The position numbers and the translations under genes are program-made. A DNA stretch of 64,000 nt from Nitrososphaeria archaeon (GTDB taxonomy: Archaea > Thermoproteota > Nitrososphaeria > JACIWG01): NCBI GenBank assembly GCA_963752255.1, contig CAVVXT010000010.1, positions 96,001-160,000 of the forward strand. Direction: 5' to 3'. The first letter of the stretch is position 1. The number at the start of each line of letters is the position of its first letter. This document shows, one piece after another, positions 44,254-54,882 of this stretch. The notes under the pieces were generated by a model that was given only the letters and a program-made list of their open reading frames with translations, searched no databases and was not told the origin of the DNA.

Positions 44254-45724
44254 ATTGAAATCGCAAATCAATAAGCTCTGGGATAGATTTTGGTCCGGAG
44301 GGATTGCCAATCCGCTTACTGCAATCGAGCAGATGTCTTACTTAATTTTTATGAAAAGATTGGAAGACCTAGATAACATCCATGCAAGAAGAGCAGCAGC
44401 GAGGAACGAGAAACACAAATCACTTTTTGAAGGGCATGAAAATTGTAGGTGGTCACAATGGAAACATCTTAACGCTCAAGCAATGTTGAGACATGTTCAA
44501 GAAGTCGTTTTCCCATTTATTAAAAACCTGACCAACGGCGATGATGTATTATACTCACAATATATGAGAGATGCTGTATTCGTTATTCCAAAGGCTTCCT
44601 TGCTGCAGGAAGCTGTCGCGATAATTGACGATATGAATATCACAGAACGAAATCAAGACACCCAAGGAGACATCTACGAATATCTGTTAAGTGAGCTAAA
44701 GACTGCAGGCAAGAATGGACAGTTCAGAACACCAAGACATATCATTCGAATGATGGTTGAACTCATCGAGCCTGATATAGGCCAGACTGTTTGTGATCCT
44801 GCCTGCGGTACAGCTGGTTTTCTGATTGCTGCTTACGAACACATCTTGAGAAAATATACAAGCGATGATATCATAAGTATCCACGAAGATGGCTCAACAC
44901 ACAACTTGGTTGGAGACAAAATTGTTGAGAAATCTCATTGGGACCTTTTGAAACGAGAAACATTTTTCGGCTTTGATTTTGACACTACAATGATTCGTAT
45001 TGGATTAATGAACATGATTCTCCACGGTATCGGGAGACCTAACATTCGTTATGCTGACACTCTTTCTAAACGCTTTGAACAAAAGGCACGGTATGATATT
45101 GTTTTTGCGAATCCTCCATTTGCTGGATCAATCGATAAAAGCGACATTAATGATTCTTTTAAATTAGATACAACGAAAACCGAACTTCTGTTTTTGGAAC
45201 TCTTCTATAATCTTCTGAAGATCGGAGGTAAAGCTGCAGTTATTGTTCCAAACGGTGTCTTATTTGGTTCATCAAATGCACACATCAAAGCTAGAAAACT
45301 TGTGTTGGAGAATTGTCAACTTGAAGCTGTAATTTCCATGCCTGGAGGTGTTTTCCAGCCCTATTCCGGCGTTGGTACAGCCATTCTTGTTTTTGTAAAG
45401 GGAGGTAAGACCGATAATGTTTGGTTCTACGAGATGCGACAGGATGGATATACCCTAGATCAGAAACGTGATTTTATTGATGGCGAAGGTGACATTCCTA
45501 ATATAATTCAGAAGTACAAGAAGCGAGAGGAGTCAGGACAAAGCATCTTGGTGCCATTTGAGAAGATAAAACAGAGTGATTACAACCTCTCAATTTCAAG
45601 ATACAAAAAAGTTGAGCGCGAGGAAGTTGAATATGAAGACCCTTTAGTTCTAATAGACAATGTTCTAGAAAGTGAGCGTGAAATCGAAAACGATTTAATA
45701 ACTCTTAAAAAGATGATTCAATGA
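44240..45724 (+). CDS. hsdM: Type I methyltransferase subunit M (m6A)
   Basis: GQFRTPRH, DPACGTAGF, NPPF. Confidence 0.95.
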   Translation: MLAPELKSQINKLWDRFWSGGIANPLTAIEQMSYLIFMKRLEDLDNIHARRAAARNEKHKSLFEGHENCRWSQWKHLNAQAMLRHVQEVVFPFIKNLTNGDDVLYSQYMRDAVFVIPKASLLQEAVAIIDDMNITERNQDTQGDIYEYLLSELKTAGKNGQFRTPRHIIRMMVELIEPDIGQTVCDPACGTAGFLIAAYEHILRKYTSDDIISIHEDGSTHNLVGDKIVEKSHWDLLKRETFFGFDFDTTMIRIGLMNMILHGIGRPNIRYADTLSKRFEQKARYDIVFANPPFAGSIDKSDINDSFKLDTTKTELLFLELFYNLLKIGGKAAVIVPNGVLFGSSNAHIKARKLVLENCQLEAVISMPGGVFQPYSGVGTAILVFVKGGKTDNVWFYEMRQDGYTLDQKRDFIDGEGDIPNIIQKYKKREESGQSILVPFEKIKQSDYNLSISRYKKVEREEVEYEDPLVLIDNVLESEREIENDLITLKKMIQ

Positions 45725-46840
45725 AAATATCGAAACTGGAAGAACTTGCAGATATTCAATACGGATTTCCTTTTAATTCAAAGAAATTTAAGGAAAATGG
45801 TAGGATTCGGGTTGTAAGAATAAGGGATATAAAGAAACCTGAAAAACCTACTTTTTTAGATGATATCTATAGACAAGAATATGTAATTGGAAACGGAGAT
45901 ATTATTGTTGGAATGGATGGAGAATTCAATTGTATTATTTGGAATTTTGGAAAAGCTGTCTTGAACCAACGAGTTGCAAAAATTATACCTAAGAACTTTG
46001 TTTCCAAGAGTTATCTCTATTATATTCTTAAAATTAAACTCAAAGAGATAGAACAGAGGGTAACATTTGCTACAGTAAAACATCTACTTGATTCACATCT
46101 TCGGAATCTTGAGATACCCTTTCCTCCATTAAATGAACAGATACGAATAGCATCCATCCTTGGAAAAATTGATGAGCTGAAAGATAAACGGGAACAAGCA
46201 AATTTGATGACTAACAAAATTCTTCAAGTTATTTTTCTGCAGATGTTTGGAGACGGTAATTTCACACGTGAGCCTATCAGAGAACATATTATAAAGACAG
46301 AAGTAAGAGACCCACAAAAAAAACCTCATGAATACTTCAAATACATCGATATTGCTGGAATTGATAATAAATCTGGAAAAATAGTAAAAGTAAAAACTAT
46401 ACCTAGGGAAAGATGCTCCAAGCAGAGCAAGAAAAGTAATCAGAAAGGATGACGTGATCATATCAACAGTGAGACCTAATCTAAATGCAACTGCGCTTGT
46501 TCCGCCTGAGCTCGATAGTCAGATTTGTTCTACTGGGTTTTGCGTTCTTCGTTGTAAGAGCTCATTGAATCCAAGATTCCTATATGTTTTCACAAGAAGA
46601 ACAGAATTCATCGATGTTCTATCATCTCAGATGAAAGGAGCTTCCTATCCCGCTGTGACAAACGATGATGTCTTGAATGTTGAAATACCAATTCCCCCTA
46701 TTGAACTTCAGAATAAATTCGTTTCAATTGTTGAAAGAGTCCAAAATATCCAAGAAAAACAGCAGCTATCCACTGGGGAAATTACAGAGTTATTCAATTC
46801 TCTCATGTCCAAATCATTTAAGGGAGAGTTGGTGTCGTGA
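45721..46840 (+). CDS. hsdS: Type I specificity subunit S; frameshift near 46408
   Basis: Two TRDs with IPFPPLNEQ and IPIPPIELQ conserved regions. Confidence 0.9.
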
Positions 46841-46841
46841 G

Positions 46842-47699
46842 ATGCAGTTCCTTTTAAAACCTAATTGGCAACAATTAAACAGATACATCTGGAATTCCCT
46901 TGAAAAATCGGCACCAGCTGACGTATATATTGAATTATATCGCTTTCAAGGAAGAATATTGGGAATTGATTCACGAGCAAATGAGCCCGACGTCACACAA
47001 GAAGAAATAGATGCTCGTAACATGTTTTTAATTATAATAAATGACACAAAACTAGCTAAAAATGAATTCAAAAAGTACAACCCTCCAACTAATGAAGCTA
47101 TTTGTATCGAGCTATTGGAGGGATTCTATGGAGTCTTAAAAGACAACTTCGGTACTAAACTGGCAAAGAAATATTATTCAAAATTATCGCAGTTCTTACT
47201 CGAACATAATCTAAGATACAAACTTGACGCAAATTGCAAGTTTCATTTAACAATTCAAGGCATATTAATGACTCAATATGTACATCTACGTCAGTTTCTT
47301 GAAAATAATCCTGAGTGCTCAGAATGTCTAAGTGAATTAGAAGACATCATTTCTAATTTACATCAGTCACAACAGCAAAGAAATTGTGTACGTGTTTCTA
47401 GCAATCTATTAGAAAACTTGGTAGTTGCAAAAGCAAATAGAAGAGCTAGTACGCTATCGCGGGCTTTGGAACAATGTCCTGTGGATTTATTTCCACATGA
47501 TGCAGTACGTGAAAGCTTAAAGAAGATTTATGATTTTGCATGCGATTATCCAAACATTCGACATGCTGGTAGACCTGAAAGCCGTTTAAGAGACCTCAGA
47601 AATGATGACGTGCTTCTTATCTTATCCTTAACAATAGGTTTCGCATCTTTTCTCTCTAGGGAGAATGTTAGTCAAACAATACTTAGTGGAGATATATGA
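46842..47699 (+). CDS. AbiJ-related / HEPN-like protein
   Basis: ATG 2 bp after the hsdS stop; C-terminal IYDFACDYPNIRHAG resembles the YxxxSxxxGIRH motif of AbiJ-related proteins. Confidence 0.55.
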   Translation: MQFLLKPNWQQLNRYIWNSLEKSAPADVYIELYRFQGRILGIDSRANEPDVTQEEIDARNMFLIIINDTKLAKNEFKKYNPPTNEAICIELLEGFYGVLKDNFGTKLAKKYYSKLSQFLLEHNLRYKLDANCKFHLTIQGILMTQYVHLRQFLENNPECSECLSELEDIISNLHQSQQQRNCVRVSSNLLENLVVAKANRRASTLSRALEQCPVDLFPHDAVRESLKKIYDFACDYPNIRHAGRPESRLRDLRNDDVLLILSLTIGFASFLSRENVSQTILSGDI

Positions 47700-47854
47700 A
47701 TATTTAATCCCCTTTACATTTCCTTTCTATCTTATTTGCTGTCTTGTCAATAGGTGATAATTCAAGTCTCGATTAATTCTTGAATTTCATCTTATCAGGT
47801 TACATATAAAACTTGAATTTATTTTTAGGTTCTATATCTTTTTGTAAAAATGAT

Positions 47855-48061
47855 GAACTTGTTTTAAATTAGAAATTTATACATACCTTTTCCCAAGAAT
47901 GTGATAACTTTTTGGTCTCTCAAAACTTGCAGCTGTTGGCGGATCTTGGGGCGAATGTGCCTGTTTCTGGGATGGAGCCTGGCTAACTGGTCCTCAAACG
48001 TGTAGACCTGATCTAACGTAAATGTCTCTTGGTCTAGCTTTCTTATACATAGTAGCACATC
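47855..48061 (-). pseudogene. DpnI C-terminal winged-helix fragment (copy of the dpnI 3' end)
   Basis: LHPRNRHIRPKIRQQLQVLRD; closely similar at DNA level to 54868-55077. Confidence 0.85.
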
Positions 48062-48457
48062 AACTTTAAATCATTACGATAAATTTCAAAAAAGTATTAT
48101 AGTTGTCTCGTCCAAAACAGGAATACCTTCCTATGTCTCTTTAAAGAGACTTCTAAGAAAATACAAGTCTGAGGTTATTTTACGGGAAAAGTATCATAGG
48201 CATGCTTTAACTAAAACTCATAGTTATGAATTACTTTTCATAGCACAATAATATGAATGAACCTAATGCTAAAATTGTTCCAATATTAGGTAACGTCTAG
48301 CGTCTGAATTTTATAGGTTATAGGGTTCTGTTAAATATCCTTTGTGTCTCTTCCTTTAATAATCTTTTTATAACAACCATTTCCTCATACATCTTAGAGT
48401 TTAGGTGATTTTGTATCCGAATTTTTGCTCATGCTCTTTCAATAAGCTTCTTATCAC

Positions 48458-48783
48458 TCCTATTTTTTTCCTATTGCCCTTATTAACTTTCCTAAATAGG
48501 ATTCTTAAAGTTCCTAAATAGAAGTCCCTAAATTTCCTACTTAGGAGTCCTATTTCCTGTCCTATTTTCCTGCTTAGGAATCCTATTTTTCCTGTCCTGT
48601 TTTCCTATTTTTTTCCTAAATTTCCTGCTTAGGATTCCTATTTTCCTATTTAGGATTCCTAATTTTCCTATCCACATGAAGCAATTCCTAAAGGTTTCCT
48701 GTACACACCCCTATTTACCCTCTTTTCCCAGCTAAATTCCTGAACATTCCTATTTTCCTAAATTCCCTATTTAGAAGTCCTGA
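48458..48783. repeat. Phased array of TCCT(A/G) motifs and TCCTRNNTAGRANTCYTR palindromic units
   Basis: Units at 48490, 48512, 48535, 48568, 48623, 48644, 48765; more than 20 TCCT/CCCT cores. Confidence 0.85.
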
Positions 48784-48862
48784 TAACCTGTTCTATAGAA
48801 TAGTCCTTTAGTTTAAGGCTGCTCTGATCTGATTTCTTATTATAATGATGACGTCTTTTTAT

Positions 48863-49015
48863 ATGACGGGACTGCTCTATAATGAACATTGCAGTTTAAT
48901 CAAAAACCCAGTCTTTGATAGAGCTTATAGGAATTACATGCAAAGGATGGTCAACCTCGGATTAATAAAAACTGAGGGAAAAGGAAGATGGAAAAGGTAT
49001 GAGCTCGTCTCATAA
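48863..49015 (+). pseudogene. Cdc6/Orc1-like C-terminal winged-helix remnant
   Basis: MTGLLYNEHCSLIKNPVFDRAYRNYMQRMVNLGLIKTEGKGRWKRYELVS* resembles the wH tail of element-borne Orc1/Cdc6. Confidence 0.55.
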
Positions 49016-49112
49016 AATATTCGTGAAACTCATCAAATTCTCTACTTATAAAACCTGTAGTGATTTTGTAGTAATCGACCTTCTGGGAGTTCGTAGAATT
49101 GAAAAGTTTCGC

Positions 49113-49810
49113 CTACAGTTCCTCTTTTAAATGGGTAAACTTGGTCCAATTATAAATATCAATCCATCTGGTTATAAGCATATTATTATTGATATTTCTA
49201 TTCATTTCTTGAATAATTTTTCTCTTGGCATCCATTAGGTCTATGGCGTTTATCTTTGCATAATCCTCAACTAATTCTCTGTATTCATTTTGCATTCTGA
49301 TAAGAAAAGTTGTGTAGCCTTCAGCAGTTCCAGTTACTCCCCAGTTATCTCGAATATTGGTATCCCATATTATGAATAAATTTGGGTAGACCATATGCAT
49401 AACTTTTGAAGTGCATGTGGATTTAAGAACCGCATTTATATCGTTAAAAGTGTTCTTTACTTCCTGTTTAATGTTATTAATATCGAAGTCAAGGTCAAAA
49501 TTACAGTTTTTGAATATTCCAGAGATACTCGACTAAGTGTCTTAGATTTTTCAATGTTCAGAGATAGAAATTTCTTTTCACCCAATTCCTTTTTTATTTT
49601 TCCTATAACTCGTCCCATTTTCCATTCAAAAAGAAATTTCTCCACTTGTTTAACATCAGTTGGAGATGTAGTACCATTTACATAGTTCTTCCAAAACGGT
49701 TCTTCAAGCCATTGGAAGTAATCGTCCTCCGCATAAATATCTCTTTTATAAATATCTATTATTCTAAAGAATTCTTTTAGTTTCATAATACTATAGTTCG
49801 TCTCAGTCAT
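49113..49810 (-). CDS. Hypothetical helical protein (HhH/DUF6308-like); frameshifted
   Basis: ORFs 49457..49810 and 49113..49400 join; FLFEWKMGR...TSKVMHMVYPNLFIIWDTNIR. Confidence 0.5.
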
Positions 49811-49960
49811 ATTAATACTTTAGTCGAACACCCCAACATCTTTCCGAATTAATTCTTTGGTCTAAAACATCTGATATAAGGCAACTTTTTTGGAGATCAC
49901 TAACGATAAAAGAATTGACGCACAAGGCTTTAGGAGATATTGATACTTATAGGAATGGAA

Positions 49961-50542
49961 CTAAGCATTAGGGCTTTCTACAGGATATCTAACCAATAGT
50001 ATTGTTTCTCTCAGAATATCGCTTAAGCAGTGTTCCATTATCATCTTCAATAGGTTTTCTGTTCCTCCTGATAAATATGCTTTCCATAGTCCAGGTACGT
50101 CCTTTCCGCATATTTTATCATCATTGAAATAATCTTCAGGTTCGCTCATCAGATCATCCAATTTAGGCCATTTTAATCCCGATTCTTCTGCCTTCTTTCT
50201 CCATGGCTGCATTATATCCACAAAATCATCATCAGCCACTTCCATCTTTAGTTCGATTCTGATAACATCTTTTTCAAATCTGGTGTTATATGAGTAGAGT
50301 GGTTTGGGAAGTGTTCTAATCGTTTCTCTTATCTCCCGGTAGAAGGGCTCCTTTTCTTTCGTTTTTCTTTGAACAATAATGAGTTCGTTCAAACGAAAAT
50401 AACCAAAGGTAATTACCTCGTGTTCTCTGTCTCTGTTTGGTATACCTGTGGTCTCGAAATCAATCAAACTCCCTTTGTTTATGCATAGAGCTAGTGATAT
50501 AGTCGTCTTTATGTGATTCTTGTATACTTTTAATCCATTCAT
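49961..50542 (-). CDS. RNase H-like DEDD exonuclease (RNase_H_2/YprB-like)
   Basis: IDFETTG, SYNTRFE, HCLSDI. Confidence 0.78.
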   Translation of the reverse strand: MNGLKVYKNHIKTTISLALCINKGSLIDFETTGIPNRDREHEVITFGYFRLNELIIVQRKTKEKEPFYREIRETIRTLPKPLYSYNTRFEKDVIRIELKMEVADDDFVDIMQPWRKKAEESGLKWPKLDDLMSEPEDYFNDDKICGKDVPGLWKAYLSGGTENLLKMIMEHCLSDILRETILLVRYPVESPNA

Positions 50543-50619
50543 TAATTCTAAATTTACTTAGTCTCAATATAAGTTTATCATTTGTCTTTATACGAAAGAG
50601 AAATAATCAACGTCATAAG

Positions 50620-50671
50620 GAACTTGTTTTAAATTCGAAATTTATACACGCCTTTTCCTAAGAATGTGATA
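50620..50671 (-). repeat. Short copy of the dpnI 3' end
   Basis: 48/52 identical to 47855-47906. Confidence 0.85.
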
Positions 50672-50811
50672 GGAATTTGTTGTATATTTTACAAATGAGA
50701 GAGCAATCATCAAGATTTAATTAAACTGTTCATATATAATATTAACTCGATTTACTTTTTTATTAGAAGATTAGTCATAAGAATAATTCTAAAAGGAAAC
50801 CAAGAAATCGT

Positions 50812-51316
50812 CTAGTAACCAATGATCAAATTTCCTTTCAGAGGCAATTTCAGTCTTCCACTGGCATATAGTGTGTCAAAATGGGTGACCACTGTTTCAA
50901 AATCAGGATGTTTTCTATAGATAATACGAACAGCTATAACTAAAAAGCTCACGTCATGCATCATACAAGCTTCAAACAAGTCCTTTAGAAACTGGTAATT
51001 AGTCACAGCCCTTCCAGCTTCTACTTCAAGGACTGTACCTGTGTCTTTTTGGAAAGCGTTTACCTGAAAAGATTTCTCAAGTTGATTATTTCGCCCAAAA
51101 AGGACTGGCACTTATCTTATCTCCAAGCTTATTGCCTTTCTCCACTTTAAAGCCAATGTCTAGTAGGGACTTCTTCAGAACCAAAAGAACTCCATCGCTG
51201 TTCAGTTTGTGCTCTGAGGAATCTATTGCGCCAGCATGCTGCTTGAAAATGTTAACAACTTTTAGCAGGTATTCAGGTATGACATCTGACTTTGGATAAT
51301 ACTGCCAGCTTGTCAT
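50812..51316 (-). CDS. Stand-alone restriction-endonuclease-fold protein; frameshift near 51105
   Basis: ORFs 51086..51316 and 50812..51111 join; VLEVEAGRAVTNYQFLKDLFEAC (ExE-type active site). Confidence 0.6.
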
Positions 51317-51524
51317 GACATGTACAGATAAATAACAAGTTATATATTATTTATCGCAATATTTCTGTGAATAAAAATGATAAATAATTGGTATCTCTAT
51401 TGTCACGTTCTAATAATTATTGGACAAAATTAATACCTATAGTAATAAAAAACAAACATAATATTTGATTGCTTATATATTGCTCATATTTTTTGAAGAT
51501 CAGTAAGTTAGAAAGTATGATGAA

Positions 51525-51542
51525 GAATTTGTTTTAAATTCG
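51525..51542 (-). repeat. Minimal copy of the dpnI-terminal motif
   Basis: GAATTTGTTTTAAATTCG vs GAACTTGTTTTAAATTCG at 50620 (17/18). Confidence 0.5.
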
Positions 51543-51992
51543 TAAAATGTTTAGTTTTGGATTACCAGTATAGTCGTCTGAAAAACCTTATATTCAAAGA
51601 TCATACTGTCTAGAAATTAATGTCGAAAACTGAGAAAGAAATAATGGACTTATTAGAATTAGAACAAAAAGAAGTACCTATTCTCTCCTTCCCGCATATA
51701 GGGCAAATATTACTCATGAATTAATGAAGATTCCGTCAGCATAATTGTAAATATGATCAAATTCAATTTCCTCTGGTGAATAACCTTCAAAACTCTTAAG
51801 GCATATGTAACATTCTTTATGATTGTTTAAAAGAGAGGATTTTTCATCTTGAGTAAGAATCCTCCGTTTTTCTTTGGACATAATTTTCCCTATTTCTGTT
51901 TCTTAACATATAAATACCTTCTTTTAAGTTTAATGGTATCCGCAACTTTGATAAAACAAGTTTATATAAAAAAGAGATTTTATATCTAGTGT

Positions 51993-52475
51993 ATGAATTC
52001 TTTTTATAATCAATCCAATAGGGAACAGGGGAACAAAATTAAAAGGTTTGATGATATATTCAAGCTTTGGCTTACTATTTTAACTATCATCTTTTCTTTC
52101 TCCCTTGCTTATCAAAGATTTATAATGCCAACTGGCTTTTATTCCACTTTTATATTGATATTGTTATTAACAATAATTTTTTGGTCTGTGGGTCATACAA
52201 GAGAAAATATTTTCCTTGAAGTTTTTTTAAAATTTTTTTCATGGTTTTTATTAATGTATTTTACTGTAATAACAGTATTATATGTTACATACGGAGTAAC
52301 TAGTTTAAAAAATATACCAATTGGAATGATTGTAATGGGTCTTGTTGCTCAATTTTATCTTGTGTTACCTGTCTATTATTATTTTAGAGATTATCTTGCA
52401 AATAGGGGAAAATTAGCCTTTATTTTATTCTTCATAGAAATCATAATTCTGACTATAATTAGTTATTTTTTATAA
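51993..52475 (+). CDS. Hypothetical AT-rich membrane protein (~5 TM)
   Basis: Hydrophobic ORF with an upstream TTTATATA box. Confidence 0.6.
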   Translation: MNSFYNQSNREQGNKIKRFDDIFKLWLTILTIIFSFSLAYQRFIMPTGFYSTFILILLLTIIFWSVGHTRENIFLEVFLKFFSWFLLMYFTVITVLYVTYGVTSLKNIPIGMIVMGLVAQFYLVLPVYYYFRDYLANRGKLAFILFFIEIIILTIISYFL

Positions 52476-52772
52476 CTTTCACTTATCCTTCACTTTCAGC
52501 TAGAGGAGATAATAGGCTAGTTGAAGAGGCCCTAGAAGAATTTAGAGATTCTATTAACTACAATGTGCCTTTATTCCTAACGGTTCAAAATATCCTTGAT
52601 AAAAGTAAGATCATGTCTTTTGAAAATAGACCCTAGAACTTTCGACCATTGGACTACACCGCCAGAGCTGGCGATAGAATAAAAAATATAGTGTGGCTAG
52701 TTCACCTCTCGCTTTTTTGACATTAAGGAATAGATTTATAATTTTATATACTCAATAAAGAATAATTGTATT

Positions 52773-53702
52773 TTGAAGTCATTGAATAATGATTGTGATA
52801 AAGACTTAGTTGACAAACAACTAAAACAAACCCACCTTGCAACTATGTTAGACTATTACTCTGGGAAAGGTGCATCACATATAACAATTTTTATAGCTTT
52901 CGTATTTGGTCTTTTTACAATACTAGCAATATTATTTTTATCAAATATTACCGATATCCCATTTGTTATATTATCAATTATCTACTTTTTTTTCTCAATT
53001 GGAGGATTATATGAGTTTTTTAAATTCAGTTTTTATAATAATGTTGTAAATCACATAAATGTTGAATTAGATAACCTAGTTCCAACACCAGAATATACAA
53101 GTTTTGAATTTGGCTCTCGCCCCTATTCAGAGCGCAAAGGCTCCAAACTTTCAAAACGTATTTATCGTATCTTCTATTTTTCACGTCAAAGGAGCTTAGT
53201 TCTTAATTTGGTTGTAATTCTTTTTTCTGGTTCAATTCTTTTTGCTTGGATTGCTTCAATATTTAATCACTTCATCCAATTTGAAATTACTCTAAAGCAA
53301 GCCTTATACCCTTTCATTGTAATTTTGGTATTTATCGGTGTATTACTATATTATTTAACATCTAGAGAAGAATTAAAAATTGTAAAAACTGATATAAATG
53401 ATTATGAAATTAATATTGAACTTAACGTATTAGAGGATACTGTAATAAGTCAAGTGCGTGTAAATGGAAAACCAATATTAAAAGATAAGATGATAGATGA
53501 CATAAATGTAGAAATATCTCCTATTCCAATATTTAATAAAAAAGGCGAAGCAATTATACCTTTAAAGAAAGGGAAACAGGATTTGAAATTGATATTCCCT
53601 AAAGAAAGGAAAACGGAATTTGAAACAAAGGTCTATTACATAGCAATCTTGACAGAAGGAGAACCTCCTTTACGATATTATACAAGTGCCCCTGAAAAGT
53701 AG
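52773..53702 (+). CDS. Hypothetical membrane protein (4 TM plus a soluble beta-rich C-terminus)
   Basis: 309-aa ORF. Confidence 0.6.
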   Translation: MKSLNNDCDKDLVDKQLKQTHLATMLDYYSGKGASHITIFIAFVFGLFTILAILFLSNITDIPFVILSIIYFFFSIGGLYEFFKFSFYNNVVNHINVELDNLVPTPEYTSFEFGSRPYSERKGSKLSKRIYRIFYFSRQRSLVLNLVVILFSGSILFAWIASIFNHFIQFEITLKQALYPFIVILVFIGVLLYYLTSREELKIVKTDINDYEINIELNVLEDTVISQVRVNGKPILKDKMIDDINVEISPIPIFNKKGEAIIPLKKGKQDLKLIFPKERKTEFETKVYYIAILTEGEPPLRYYTSAPEK

Positions 53703-53958
53703 CATGTATATATATTCTACATAATTCGTCATTATTAGTTAACATCTAGCCTTTTCCGTTGAAGTTCTTTAACTATCTTCTCTATTTCTGAAACCTTAGA
53801 AATCTCCTTTTCCAATATTTCAACCCTATTCCTTAAACTAATGTTTTCAGTCGCTAGGGAATTAACTAGTGTTTGAAGTTCTTTATTCTTTTCGCTTATT
53901 TCTTCAGAATATTCTTTAACTTTCTCCTTGACCTGCTTTAGAAAGTCTTTAACATGAT

Positions 53959-54534
53959 CTAGTCTGACCCAAGAATTTTGCTCAATTCTTTCTGATCGCC
54001 AAGATCAAGAAGTTTCTTTATGTCATCTTCCAGTGTCTCTAGCCCAATTTCGCGACGAATTGCACCTGCGGTTATGGAGACATCGTCCCAAAGTTTTCGC
54101 CATTGATCAGCTGTTAAGGTGACTGAACTAGTCTTTTTTAAAACATCGTCATAGATGGCTCTTGCAACCTCTCTAAATATCCCACGAACATTAGAGATTT
54201 CTTTCTGAATGTTCGCCAACCAGATAACGTTCTGCTGTTCAAGCTTCTTCCATTCCTCCAGCTTTATTCCTACCTCACGTCTATAGTCACTTTGTGACGA
54301 AAGTAAATAAGGGGAGTTTGCATACATATTCAAAATAAATCGAACTTCAGCCATCTTCCTGTATGTTGCGTCTAGGGCTTCAACACGCTTAAAGTTTACT
54401 GGATCCAATAGCTTCTGCCTTCTTTCTTTGTCTAAAAGTTTCTCGTTCCACCAATTCGCAATCAAAACGCCAGCCAATGCAGAAGATGCAGAAATTATGG
54501 TTGCGGCTATTCCAAACCAATCGGAAAGTACCAT
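53959..54534 (-). CDS. Hypothetical protein, N-terminal TM plus helical bundle
   Basis: 191-aa ORF. Confidence 0.6.
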   Translation of the reverse strand: MVLSDWFGIAATIISASSALAGVLIANWWNEKLLDKERRQKLLDPVNFKRVEALDATYRKMAEVRFILNMYANSPYLLSSQSDYRREVGIKLEEWKKLEQQNVIWLANIQKEISNVRGIFREVARAIYDDVLKKTSSVTLTADQWRKLWDDVSITAGAIRREIGLETLEDDIKKLLDLGDQKELSKILGSD

Positions 54535-54882
54535 AGAGAACTATAAAGATATATTGAATCCTATTCTTAACATTATTCAGACTTGGGAAAATGGTTCAGT
54601 TGTATATTAAGATCAATCCGATTTCATAATTAGAAAGACCGTCTCCTCCTAATGTACTTATGTGATGTGCTTCCCAACATCCTCTTCAATTTCATTTAGC
54701 CTATTCTTTAGGTCAATGTCCCTCAGATTTAATTTTCCTCCTATATCAAAACGTTAGTTAATAATAAAAATAGGAGAATAGTTATGATAATTGAAAACCC
54801 AAAGCTAGGGAGAAGCCTCCCCGAAAATCAAAAGCCATACGGAGATGAAAACACATCTATCGCAGAGGAAATAGTTTTAAAT

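Noticed and set aside
48458-48783. CRISPR array
   Set aside because: No constant 25-40 bp repeat with unique spacers and no cas genes; the units are short, degenerate and nested
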